From an uncultured delta proteobacterium (GTDB lineage: Bacteria; Myxococcota; Myxococcia; Myxococcales; Anaeromyxobacteraceae), in assembly GCA_963845515.1 (NCBI GenBank), contig CAWJSR010000023.1, forward strand, positions 1-64,000: DNA of 64,000 nucleotides. The letters run 5' to 3'. The notes below the pieces were generated by a model that had not been told where the DNA came from, ran no database searches, and was given only the letters and a program-made list of their open reading frames with translations. This document shows positions 44,619 through 53,496 of this stretch, one piece after another. The translations under genes were made by a program, and so were the position numbers. Positions within the stretch are counted from its first letter, which is position 1; each line of letters starts with the position of its first letter.

Positions 44619-44644
44619 CGTTCGCAGGAGCGGGCTTCTATCCT
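44615..44644 (+). promoter_or_regulatory. Putative sigma70 promoter of the bactofilin cluster
   Basis: TTGACG-N18-TATCCT. Confidence 0.4.
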
Positions 44645-44672
44645 GCCCATCGCCTCATTGAGGAAGGAAAAA

Positions 44673-45011
44673 ATGGCTGATACCAGCGGCATCATCGGGC
44701 GCGGCACGGTGGTCAAAGGAAACCTGTCGGGCTCCGGCGACGTCGTCGTGGAGGGCCAGATCGAAGGCACCGTCGCGCTCAGGGACAAGCTCACCATCGA
44801 GCAGGGTGGGAGGGTACTCGCCGACGTCGAGCTGACGGACCTCGTGGTCCACGGCCAGATGAACGGCGACATCGTCGCGGGGGATTGCGTCACCATCTCC
44901 TCGTCCGCGGCGGTGGTTGGAGACATCAAGGCCCCCCGCGTCGTCATCGAGGACGGCGCGCGGTTCAAGGGCTACATCGAGATGGAAGTTAAGCTTCCGG
45001 AGGACTTCTAG
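44673..45011 (+). CDS. bacN: Bactofilin
   Basis: IIGRGTVVKGNL..VEG.IEG..VVGDIKAPRVVIEDGARFKG; first of three tandem bactofilins; symbol by synteny. Confidence 0.85.
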   Translation: MADTSGIIGRGTVVKGNLSGSGDVVVEGQIEGTVALRDKLTIEQGGRVLADVELTDLVVHGQMNGDIVAGDCVTISSSAAVVGDIKAPRVVIEDGARFKGYIEMEVKLPEDF

Positions 45012-45380
45012 ATGGCAGCGATCGAAAAGGTTTCAGCGTCCCGTGGCGGCGCGCAGACGGTGATCGGCAGCTCGATCGTCATCGACGGAGAGATCTCCGG
45101 TGACGAGGACCTGGTGATCCAGGGAACGGTGAAGGGCAAGATCAGCCTGAAGGAGAGCCTCTTCGTCGAGAGCTCCGGGGTGATCGAGGCCGACATCGAG
45201 ACGGCGAACGTCGAGGTCTCCGGTCAGGTGACCGGGAACATCGGCGCGAGCGACAAGGTCGAGCTGAAGACGGACTGCAAGGTCGTCGGCGACATCCGCG
45301 CGCCGCGCATCCTCATCGCCGACGGCGCCATCTTCAAGGGCAACGTCGACATGGACGTCAAGGAAAGCAGGGGTAAGTAG
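45012..45380 (+). CDS. bacO: Bactofilin
   Basis: VIGSSIVIDGEISGDEDLVIQG..IADGAIFKGNVDM; symbol by synteny. Confidence 0.85.
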   Translation: MAAIEKVSASRGGAQTVIGSSIVIDGEISGDEDLVIQGTVKGKISLKESLFVESSGVIEADIETANVEVSGQVTGNIGASDKVELKTDCKVVGDIRAPRILIADGAIFKGNVDMDVKESRGK

Positions 45381-45382
45381 CC

Positions 45383-45931
45383 GTGGCGACCCTCGACGGT
45401 AGCACCATCATCGGCGAATCGATCCTCATCAACGGGAGCCTCTCGGGCGACGAGGACCTGACGGTCCGCGGCCGCGTCGAGGGGACCGTGACGCTCACCA
45501 AGACGCTCGTCGTCGAGCCGACCGGCATCGTCAAGGCCGAGGTCCAGGTCCGCAACTGCGTGATCTCGGGCGTCGTCGTCGGCAACGTCACGGCCACCGA
45601 GAGCGTCGAGATCACCCGCGAAGGGCGGATGATCGGCGACATCAACGCTCCCCGCGTCATCATCGTCGACGGCGCCAGCTTCCGCGGCCGCGTCGACATG
45701 GGCGAGGTGGACGTCGGTGGCGAGCGCCCCGCGCGCCCGGCGGCCATCGCCCGCACCGTCCCCACGGCGCGTCCTGTGCTCTCCCGCCCCTCGGTCCCGA
45801 TGGCGCGTCCCGCCGCGAAGATCGAGAAGAGGGAGGAGAAGGGCGCATCCGCTCCCCCGAAGCCTCCGGCGCCTCCCGCGCCGGTCGCCATGGGCGCGGT
45901 CAAGAAGAAGGTCGTCGTGAAGCGCAAGTAG
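45383..45931 (+). CDS. bacP: Bactofilin with Pro/Lys-rich tail
   Basis: Bactofilin domain plus disordered tail ending KKKVVVKRK. Confidence 0.85.
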   Translation: MATLDGSTIIGESILINGSLSGDEDLTVRGRVEGTVTLTKTLVVEPTGIVKAEVQVRNCVISGVVVGNVTATESVEITREGRMIGDINAPRVIIVDGASFRGRVDMGEVDVGGERPARPAAIARTVPTARPVLSRPSVPMARPAAKIEKREEKGASAPPKPPAPPAPVAMGAVKKKVVVKRK

Positions 45932-45950
45932 CGCTTCACGGCTGCCAGTC

Positions 45951-46676
45951 GTGGAGCTCGAGCCTCGCACCACGGCGCCTCGTCACGCGACGGGCGCCGT
46001 GGAGTACGTCCCGCTCGACGACATCGCCGAGGACGTCACCTTCCGCCTCCGGGAGGAAGGTGAGGTCTCGGCGCTCGCCGCATCGCTGGGGCGCCTCGGC
46101 CAGCTGGTGCCAGTAGAGTTGCGCCCACTGCCGGGCGCGGCCTCCGACGGCCCGCGCTACCAGCTCGTGGCGGGCTTCCGCCGCGTCGAGGCGCTCCGCT
46201 GCCTGCTGCGCGACCGCGTGCTGGCGCGCGTCCATCCCGAGCTGTCCGACGAGGACGCGTGGGCCATCGCGCTCTGCGAGGCGCTGCTCCGCGAGCCGCT
46301 CGACGGCGCGGCGCTGGACGCGCTCCGCGCGCGGCTGGCCGAAGTCCGCTCCGCCTCATGGGCCGACGAGCTGATCGACGAGGCGCGCGTCCGGGCGCCG
46401 GTCGCGGCGGAGCAGCGGGAGGCCTTCTTCGCCTGGCTGAGCGGCGAGCCGCCTCCCGAGGCGCCCGGCGAGCCGGCCGAGGAGGGGGCGACCATAGAGG
46501 TCACGCCCGAGCAGCTGGCTGCGGAGCTCTCCTCGAGCATGTACGAGGTGAACGCGGACCTCGCCCTCGCCTTCGAGTCCTGGGAGCACTTGCCTCCCGA
46601 GGGGCGCCGCGCCATCGTCGAGCAGGCGCGCTACGTTGCGGCCCTCCTGCCGCACCTGAAAGTCGACGAGGAGTGA
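45951..46676 (+). CDS. padC: ParB-like domain protein (PadC-like)
   Basis: LGQLVPVELR, YQLVAGFRRVEA; follows bacP as in Myxococcus. Confidence 0.75.
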   Translation: MELEPRTTAPRHATGAVEYVPLDDIAEDVTFRLREEGEVSALAASLGRLGQLVPVELRPLPGAASDGPRYQLVAGFRRVEALRCLLRDRVLARVHPELSDEDAWAIALCEALLREPLDGAALDALRARLAEVRSASWADELIDEARVRAPVAAEQREAFFAWLSGEPPPEAPGEPAEEGATIEVTPEQLAAELSSSMYEVNADLALAFESWEHLPPEGRRAIVEQARYVAALLPHLKVDEE

Positions 46677-46680
46677 TGGA

Positions 46681-47319
46681 ATGAGCCTGGAAGCCGATCG
46701 GAGCCGACTCCTGGAGATCCTGCGGACGCTCTCCTTCGAGCGGCGCAAGGTGATCCTCGCCTCGGGGCGCGAGAGCGACTTCTACATCGACTGCAAGAGG
46801 ACGGCGCTCACCGCGGAGGGGCACGTCCTCGTCGGCCGCCTCCTCTTCGACCGGGTGAAGCAGCTCCGGCCGCTCGTCCGCGGCGTGGGCGGGCTGACGC
46901 TCGGCGCCGATCCCATCGCGAGCGCCATCGCCCTGACCAGCTTCCTCGAGTACGAGCGCATGCGAACGCAGGGGCAGCCGGCGGAGGCTGCCCCGGAGGG
47001 AGCGGGGGGTCCGGGGGGGCTGTATCCCCCCGGTACGGTGGACGCGTTCATCGTCAGGAAGGAACCGAAGGGTCACGGCACCGGCCAGTGGATCGAGGGG
47101 CGCAAGACCATCCCGGACGGCAGCCGCGTCGTCGTGCTGGAGGACGTGGTCACCACGGGAGGCAGCGCGCTCAAGGCGATCGAGCGCTGCCGCGCCGAGC
47201 AGCTCGTCCCGGTCGCGTGCCTCGCGCTGGTCGATCGCGCGGAGGGCGGCCGGGAGGCGATCGAGGCGCAGGGCGTCCCCCTGCAGGCGCTCTTCGAGCG
47301 CAAGGACTTCATCGCATGA
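46681..47319 (+). CDS. pyrE: Orotate phosphoribosyltransferase (with internal insertion)
   Basis: LASGRESDFYIDC, GADPIA, VRKEPKGHG, LEDVVTTGGS. Confidence 0.96.
   Translation: MSLEADRSRLLEILRTLSFERRKVILASGRESDFYIDCKRTALTAEGHVLVGRLLFDRVKQLRPLVRGVGGLTLGADPIASAIALTSFLEYERMRTQGQPAEAAPEGAGGPGGLYPPGTVDAFIVRKEPKGHGTGQWIEGRKTIPDGSRVVVLEDVVTTGGSALKAIERCRAEQLVPVACLALVDRAEGGREAIEAQGVPLQALFERKDFIA
46971..47033. repeat. Double-hairpin element inside pyrE
   Basis: GGGGCAGCC-N6-GGCTGCCCC (46971-46994) and CCGGGGGG-N7-CCCCCCGG (47011-47033). Confidence 0.7.
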
Positions 47320-47936
47320 TCGCGCGCCCGCAAGCCCTGGGGCTCGCCCTCCTCCTCGCGGGCTGCGGGATGCTGCCGCACGCGCCGGTCCCGCAGGTCC
47401 AGGAGGGGACGTGGCCCGAGGAGCGCGACGCGGCCACCCGCCACACCGATCTCTACGACGGCTTCGAGCACCGCGCCGACCTCTGGACGATCAGGCTCAC
47501 GCCGGCGGTGCGCGAAGAGCGTGCCCGGCGGCTCGCAGCCTGGCTCCACTGGACCTCGGCCGAGCTGGAGGCGAAGCTGGCGGAGGAGCTCGACACGGGG
47601 GCGAAGTGGGACGAGTTCGTCGTCTTCCTCTACACGGCCGACCGGAAGTGGAACGACCTCGACGCCCCGGAGAGCATCTGGCGGATCGAGTTCGACCTGG
47701 GTGGTGGTGAGGCGGTCATCGGCCGGGCGAAGTCCCTGGAGCGGAACGCGACCTTCGAGGCGCTGTTCCCCATGGGAGGGGCGTTCGACACCGCCTACCT
47801 GCTGAGCTTCCCGCGCGGTGACACGGAGCAGCTCGCTCCGACCGGCGTGCTCCGCTTCGCCAGCGCCCTGGGCGAGATGCGGCTCCCGTACACGCCCGGC
47901 GCGAAGCCTGTGCCGGCCCCGCGCCCCGCGGACTAG
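47316..47936 (+). CDS. Hypothetical lipoprotein
   Basis: ATGA overlap with pyrE; LAGC lipobox. Confidence 0.75.
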   Translation: MIARPQALGLALLLAGCGMLPHAPVPQVQEGTWPEERDAATRHTDLYDGFEHRADLWTIRLTPAVREERARRLAAWLHWTSAELEAKLAEELDTGAKWDEFVVFLYTADRKWNDLDAPESIWRIEFDLGGGEAVIGRAKSLERNATFEALFPMGGAFDTAYLLSFPRGDTEQLAPTGVLRFASALGEMRLPYTPGAKPVPAPRPAD

Positions 47937-47948
47937 GTTTCGAGGTCT

Positions 47949-47987
47949 CCCTCACCCTTTCCCTCTCCCTCAATGAGGGAGAGGGGA
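47949..47987. repeat. REP-like palindromic element, copy 6
   Basis: CCCTCACCC-TTT-CCCTCTCCCTCA-A-TGAGGGAGAGGGGA. Confidence 0.8.
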
Positions 47988-48001
47988 TCGCGCGAGGAGT
48001 G

Positions 48002-49609
48002 CTACTCGACGTCGCCGTTGGACACGACCGTGTCCTTGAGCCACCTGTCGTCGGGCTTCGGGTAGTCGAGCAGGTAGTGGAGCCCGCGCGACTCCTTGCG
48101 GCGGAGCGCGCACTCGACGACCAGCATGCCCACGTCGGCCAGGTTGCGCAGCTCCACGAGGTCCGGCGTGAGCTTGTACTGCCAGTAGTACTCACGGATC
48201 TCGTTGCGGAGCATCCGGATCCGCGCGCGGGCCCGCTCGAGCCGCTTCTCGGTCCGGACGATCCCCACGTAGTTCCACATGACGCGCCGGAGCTCGTCCC
48301 AGTTGTGCGCGACAACGACCCCCTCCTCGGGGTCGAGCGCGTCGCCGACGTTCCAGTCGGGGATCTGCGCGGAGGACTCCGGGACGGAGCCCAGCTGCTC
48401 GACGGCGTGCAGCGCCGCCCGGCGGCCGAAGACGAGGGCCTCGAGGAGCGAGTTGGAGGCGAGCCGGTTTGCCCCGTGCAGGCCCGTGCAGGAGGTCTCG
48501 CCCGCTGCGTAGAGGCGGGGGATCGAGGTGCGCCCGGTGAGGTCCGTCAGGACGCCGCCGCACATGTAGTGGGCCGCCGGCACCACGGGGATCGGCTGGA
48601 CCGCCATGTCGATCCCGAACTCCTTGCACGTGGCGTAGATGTTCGGGAAGTGCTCGAGCAGGAACGCCTTCGGAAGGTGGCTCATGTCGAGGTAGGCGCA
48701 GTCGTCGCCGCGCCGCTTGGTCTCTGCGTCGATGGAGCGGGCCACGATGTCGCGTGGCGCCAGCTCCTTGCGCGGGTCGTAGCGGGCCATGAAGGCCTCG
48801 CCCCCCGCGTTGCGCAGGATCCCGCCCTCGCCCCGGAGCGCCTCGGAGATGAGGAAGCTCTTCGCCTGCGGGTGAAAGAGGCAGGTGGGGTGGAACTGGA
48901 AGAACTCCATGTTGGCGATGGCGGCTCCGGCCCGGTAGGCCATCGCGACGCCGTCGCCCGTCGCCACGTCGGGGTTCGACGTGAACAGGTAGACCTTCCC
49001 GCCGCCTCCAGTCGCGAGGAGCGTGACGCGAGCCTCCACGGTCGAGATGTTCCCGGTCTCCCGGTCGAGGACGTACGCGCCGAGCGCCGCGTTGGGCCCC
49101 GCCAGGCCGACCTTGCCGGCGGTGATGACGTCGATCGCGACGGCGTCCTCGACGATCCGGATGCCGCGCGCCTCGCAGGCGGCGAGCAGGGTCCGCTCCA
49201 CCTCGCGTCCGGAGGTGTCCTTCGCGTGCGCGACCCGCCTCCTTGAGTGCCCCCCCTCACGGGTGAGGTGAAGCCGCTCAGGCCCCTCCCGGTCCAGCTC
49301 GATACCGAGCGACTGGAGCCAGCGGATCCGGTCCGGCCCCTCCCTCACCGTCACCTCGACTGCGTCGCGCCTGCAGAGCCCCGCGCCCGCTACGAGCGTG
49401 TCCTGTATGTGGAGGTCGAAGTCGTCGTCCGGGCCCAGGACTGCGGCTACGCCCCCCTGTGCGTAGTGGGTCGAGCCCTCGAAGCGCTGGCGCTTGGTGA
49501 GGACCATGACCGAGCCGCGGTCGGCGGCGTGCAGGGCGAACGAGAGACCGGCGGCGCCGCCGCCAAGGACAAGGAAGTCGACCTTCTCGCGACTCTGGAG
49601 CGCGGACAT
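48002..49609 (-). CDS. nadB: L-aspartate oxidase
   Basis: GGGAAG, REGGHS, QFHPT, SEALRGEG, AHYMCGG, HGANRLASNSL, ESRGLH. Confidence 0.97.
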   Translation of the reverse strand: MSALQSREKVDFLVLGGGAAGLSFALHAADRGSVMVLTKRQRFEGSTHYAQGGVAAVLGPDDDFDLHIQDTLVAGAGLCRRDAVEVTVREGPDRIRWLQSLGIELDREGPERLHLTREGGHSRRRVAHAKDTSGREVERTLLAACEARGIRIVEDAVAIDVITAGKVGLAGPNAALGAYVLDRETGNISTVEARVTLLATGGGGKVYLFTSNPDVATGDGVAMAYRAGAAIANMEFFQFHPTCLFHPQAKSFLISEALRGEGGILRNAGGEAFMARYDPRKELAPRDIVARSIDAETKRRGDDCAYLDMSHLPKAFLLEHFPNIYATCKEFGIDMAVQPIPVVPAAHYMCGGVLTDLTGRTSIPRLYAAGETSCTGLHGANRLASNSLLEALVFGRRAALHAVEQLGSVPESSAQIPDWNVGDALDPEEGVVVAHNWDELRRVMWNYVGIVRTEKRLERARARIRMLRNEIREYYWQYKLTPDLVELRNLADVGMLVVECALRRKESRGLHYLLDYPKPDDRWLKDTVVSNGDVE

Positions 49610-49681
49610 GCGACTTGATGTAGCACACGGTGCGAAGGAAAGTTGTCGTCAACCCGCCGCCCCTGCTAGCTTTCCCTGAAC

Positions 49682-50305
49682 ATGTCCCGGTGGTCGAAGC
49701 TCCGGCTAGCAGCCGCGGCGCTTGCGGTCGTCCCCCTGCTCGCGCAGGCGGGAGACCTCTACTCGTACGTGGACGCGGACGGGGTGCTCCATTTCTCCAA
49801 CGCGCCGAGCGACGGCAAGTTCCGCAAGGTGACGCGGGCCAACGACGTCGCCGGCGTCTACAGGGCCCCGCCGGCAGCCCGGAGCCGACAGGTCCGCAGC
49901 GGCTCGGCGCAGTCGGCGTGGACCGGGGTGGTGCGTGACGCGGCCACCACCCACAACCTCCCCGAGGCGCTCATCCTCGCGGTCATCGCCGTCGAGTCCA
50001 ACTTCGATCCGCGGGCCGTCTCCGAGAAGGGCGCGGCCGGGCTCATGCAGCTCATGCCCGGCACCGCGCGGGAGATGTACGTCGCCGACGTCTTCGATCC
50101 CGAGCAGAACATCCACGGCGGCACGCGCTACCTCCGCCTGCTCGCGAACCAGTACGGGGGGGACATGGTCCGCATGCTGGCGGCCTACAACGCCGGGCCC
50201 GACGCCGTGCGCCGCGCCGGCGGGGCCGTCCCGAACATCCCGGAGACGCGCGAGTACGTCCGCAAGGTCGTCGCGCTCTACCGCGCCTACAAGGCGGGGC
50301 GGTGA
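49682..50305 (+). CDS. Lytic transglycosylase (SLT domain, DUF4124-like N-terminus)
   Basis: ESNFDP.AVS.KGA.GLMQLMP, AYNAG, ET.EYV. Confidence 0.93.
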   Translation: MSRWSKLRLAAAALAVVPLLAQAGDLYSYVDADGVLHFSNAPSDGKFRKVTRANDVAGVYRAPPAARSRQVRSGSAQSAWTGVVRDAATTHNLPEALILAVIAVESNFDPRAVSEKGAAGLMQLMPGTAREMYVADVFDPEQNIHGGTRYLRLLANQYGGDMVRMLAAYNAGPDAVRRAGGAVPNIPETREYVRKVVALYRAYKAGR

Positions 50306-50309
50306 GCCG

Positions 50310-51572
50310 GTGATTCGGGCTGGGGGGGACGACGAGGTAGAAGGGCTCGACGAGGAGTTCCTCTTCCACCTGAGGCGAGGGTCGGACCTCCTCGGGCGCG
50401 GCGACGCGGAGGGGGCGCGGGCGTCCCTCGAGCGCGCGCGCGAGTTCCGGCCCAAGGACGGCAAGGTGCTGGGCCTGCTCGGGCAGGCGTACCACAAGCT
50501 CAACCGCTTCGACGAAGCGGCCGACGTCTGGCACCGCGTGGTGGACGACAACCCGGTGGAGCCGGCCGCGCGCGTCAACTTCGGCCTCTCCTGCCTCAAG
50601 GCCCGGCGGTACCCCGAGGCGATCAAGCAGCTCGAGATCGCGGTGGACCTCAACCCGGACCACCGCAAGGCGATGGGGTATCTCGGGCTCGCGTACATGG
50701 AGGCCGGCTATCCCGCCGAGGCACGGGGCTGGTTCGTCAAGGCGGGGAGCGGCCACATGGCGGCCCGCTGTGACGAGATGATCGCCAAGGGCGAGGTGAG
50801 CAGGCCCGAGCCGCCAGCGCAGCGCAAGCCGGCAGCGTCGGCGCCGGCGCCGGCGAGGAAGGCGGAGCGGACGGCCGAGCCGCCCTACGCCAGCGCGGCG
50901 ATCCCCACGGCGGTGGCGCCCGGCAGCGGCCTCGGCGCGTGGGTCGACTCGCACCTCGTCCGCCCGACCGGCGACGAGACCTTCGCGGTGCAGGGGGACA
51001 CGCTGGTGGTGACGGTCAAGGGCACGACGCGCTGCCGGCTCGACGGGCTCTTCGCGCAGAAGGGGGCGCTGCAGCTCGCGCCCGAGATGAAGCGCTTCCG
51101 CGGGAAGGCCACCGAGAAGACGTTCGGCCAGGGCGCGAGCCAGATGCGCCGCGTCTCCGGCGACGGCCTGCTGCTCGTGCGCGCCAGGGGGCGGTGCTTC
51201 ACCGCGCTCGACCTCGGCGGCGAGTCGGGGTACTTCCGCGAGGAGGCGGTCTTCGGCCTCGAGGAGGGGATCGGCTTCGAGAACGGCCGCGTGCCCTCCC
51301 GCCTCCAGGCCGAGCTCAACCTGGTCCACCTGAAGGGGCGCGGCCGGTTCCTCGTGGTCAGCCGCGGCGAGCCGGTCACGGTCGACGTCGGCGCGGACCA
51401 GCCCGTGAGCGTCCCGCTCGCCGCGCTCGTGGGCTGGACCGGGAACCTGACGCCGCGGCTCGCGAACCTCTCCGACGGCGGCGACGGCGACGGCGACGGC
51501 CAGATCGCGGTAGAGCTCTCCGGCGAAGGCCGGGCGATCACCGATCCCGGCGCAACCGAGGAGCAAGCTTGA
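50310..51572 (+). CDS. TPR protein with C-terminal AIM24-like domain
   Basis: N-terminal TPRs; C-terminal FENGRV..NLVHLKGRG..LVGWTGNL; GTG start inferred. Confidence 0.7.
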   Translation: MIRAGGDDEVEGLDEEFLFHLRRGSDLLGRGDAEGARASLERAREFRPKDGKVLGLLGQAYHKLNRFDEAADVWHRVVDDNPVEPAARVNFGLSCLKARRYPEAIKQLEIAVDLNPDHRKAMGYLGLAYMEAGYPAEARGWFVKAGSGHMAARCDEMIAKGEVSRPEPPAQRKPAASAPAPARKAERTAEPPYASAAIPTAVAPGSGLGAWVDSHLVRPTGDETFAVQGDTLVVTVKGTTRCRLDGLFAQKGALQLAPEMKRFRGKATEKTFGQGASQMRRVSGDGLLLVRARGRCFTALDLGGESGYFREEAVFGLEEGIGFENGRVPSRLQAELNLVHLKGRGRFLVVSRGEPVTVDVGADQPVSVPLAALVGWTGNLTPRLANLSDGGDGDGDGQIAVELSGEGRAITDPGATEEQA

Positions 51573-52207
51573 GCAGAACCCTGCGCGAGGAGGCGCTCAA
51601 CCTCCCCAACGCGATCACGCTCGCCCGGACCGCGCTGATCCCGGTCTTCCTCTGGTTCACGTACCACGAGTCGCGCGTCGACAGCTTCATCGCGGCGCTC
51701 CTCTTCACGCTCGCCGGGGCGACCGACTTCCTCGACGGCTGGGTGGCGCGCCGCTACAACCTCGTCACCGTCATCGGGAAGTTCCTGGACCCGCTCGCCG
51801 ACAAGCTGATCGTGATGGCGGCGCTCGTGATGCTCGTCTACCTCGGACGGATCGAGGCGTGGGTCGTGATCGTGGTGATGGCCCGCGAGTTCATCATCAC
51901 CGGCCTGCGGTCCATCGCCATGAGCGAAGGGATCGTGATCGCGGCGGGGCAGGAGGGGAAGTACAAGACGTCGCTCCAGATCGCGGCGATCGCCTTCCTC
52001 CTGCTCGGCTACACCTACCCGATCGACTTCATCTGGTTCACGTTCAGCCTCGACACCAACCGGACCGGCACGTGGCTCCTCTACGTGTCGCTCTTCTTCT
52101 CGGTCTGGTCGGCGTGGAACTACTTCTCTGGCTTCATCCGCGCGGTCTACACGAGTCCTCCCCTCTCCCCCACCGGGGGCGAGGGGAAGGGTGAGGGGGC
52201 GCCCTAG
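51569..52207 (+). CDS. pgsA: CDP-diacylglycerol--glycerol-3-phosphate 3-phosphatidyltransferase
   Basis: NLPNAITLAR, DFLDGWVARR..GKFLDPLADK, GKYKT; TTG start overlapping the upstream stop. Confidence 0.93.
   Translation: MSRTLREEALNLPNAITLARTALIPVFLWFTYHESRVDSFIAALLFTLAGATDFLDGWVARRYNLVTVIGKFLDPLADKLIVMAALVMLVYLGRIEAWVVIVVMAREFIITGLRSIAMSEGIVIAAGQEGKYKTSLQIAAIAFLLLGYTYPIDFIWFTFSLDTNRTGTWLLYVSLFFSVWSAWNYFSGFIRAVYTSPPLSPTGGEGKGEGAP
52160..52199. repeat. REP-like palindromic element, copy 7 (inside pgsA 3' end)
   Basis: CCCCTCTCCCCC-ACC-GGGGGCGAGGGG-AA-GGGTGAGGGGG; translated as PLSPTGGEGKGEG. Confidence 0.75.
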
Positions 52208-53334
52208 GCGCTGAGCGCAAGCAGCCGGTCGCACGCCGCGAGCACCAGGGCGTGGTCGGTCGGCGCGCGCACCTCCGCGGCTGCGAACGTCGGCGCGCGG
52301 TGCGCCCAGCGGGCGGAGTCGCCCGAGAAGAAGACGCCCACGGTGGGGGCGCCGACCGCGGCGGCGAGGTGCATCGGCCCCGAGTTGTTGGTGACGACGA
52401 GCCGCGCGGTGCGCATGAGTCCGGCCAGGAGCGCGAGGTCGGTCGCCGGGGCGAGCGTCGTCCCGGAGAGCCGGGCGATCTCGGCCGCGATCGGCTCCTC
52501 CTCGGGCCCCCAGACGACGAGCACGTCGAGCCCCCGGCCGGCGAGGCCGCGGGCCACCTCGGCGTACGGCTCCGGCGGCCAGCGCCGGTCGGCGAGCCGG
52601 GCCCCGGGGTTGAGGACTGCGAGCGGGCGGCCTCCGAGCCCTGCCGCGGCGAGGAGCGCGCGCGCGGGCAAGGGGTCGAGCCCGAGCCCGGTCTCCGGCG
52701 CCAGGCCGCGGGGCGCGAGGCCGAGCGGCGCCAGGAGCTCCAGCTTGGCGGGGATCTCGCTGCAGGTGGCCGGATCGTGGCGCACCGGGTGCGAGAGGAA
52801 GCGCGCGCTCTCGCCGCGATCATGGCCGACCGTGGCGCGCCCGCCGGCGAGCCGCGCGAGCAGGACCGCGGTGAGCGAGAAGGCCGACCAGTGGCTGGCC
52901 TCCACCACGACGTCGAACCGCTCGCCCCGCAAGGCCCGGAGCTGCGCGAGGAGCCTGAGCGGCGCCAGGAAGGCGTCCCGCTTGCGCCAGAGCCAGAGCC
53001 GGTCGACGTGCGGCGGCGCGATGGCCGCCGCCTGGCGCGGCGCGAGGAGGTGCAGCTCGGCCCCCGGGAGCCCGGCCTTCAGCGCCCGGAGCAGCGGCGT
53101 CGTGAGGAGCTGGTTCCCGACCCGCTCGTCGGTCCGGACCACCAGGATCTTGCGGATGGCGTCGCGCGGCGGCATCTTCGCGCGCGGCCTCGGGAAGAGG
53201 ACCGACGCGAGCCCCACTACGACGCCGCGGCCGGCGTCACGGGCGATGGTCCCCAGCCTGCCACGTCGCGTGCCGCGGTCGAGCGCTGCCTGGAGCCGTT
53301 CGCGGTGGGCTCGGGCCTCGGAGGAGGGCGCCAT
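52204..53334 (-). CDS. Glycosyltransferase family 9 (heptosyltransferase-like)
   Basis: RVGNQLLTTP, NPGA...RRWP, NNSGPMHLAAAVGAPTV. Confidence 0.9.
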   Translation of the reverse strand: MAPSSEARAHRERLQAALDRGTRRGRLGTIARDAGRGVVVGLASVLFPRPRAKMPPRDAIRKILVVRTDERVGNQLLTTPLLRALKAGLPGAELHLLAPRQAAAIAPPHVDRLWLWRKRDAFLAPLRLLAQLRALRGERFDVVVEASHWSAFSLTAVLLARLAGGRATVGHDRGESARFLSHPVRHDPATCSEIPAKLELLAPLGLAPRGLAPETGLGLDPLPARALLAAAGLGGRPLAVLNPGARLADRRWPPEPYAEVARGLAGRGLDVLVVWGPEEEPIAAEIARLSGTTLAPATDLALLAGLMRTARLVVTNNSGPMHLAAAVGAPTVGVFFSGDSARWAHRAPTFAAAEVRAPTDHALVLAACDRLLALSA

Positions 53335-53496
53335 GGGGCGCGCACAATACCATCGGCGAGCCCCGGCGGCACCCGCCTGAAAAGCGGCCTGTAGCGTTCA
53401 TTTGCCCTGCTGGAGTCATTGCGCGAAAGCGAAGGCTTTGGAAAAGTGGCTGATTCGCGGGCGCCCGCAGCAGGCGCGACCGCCCGACTAGGAGAG

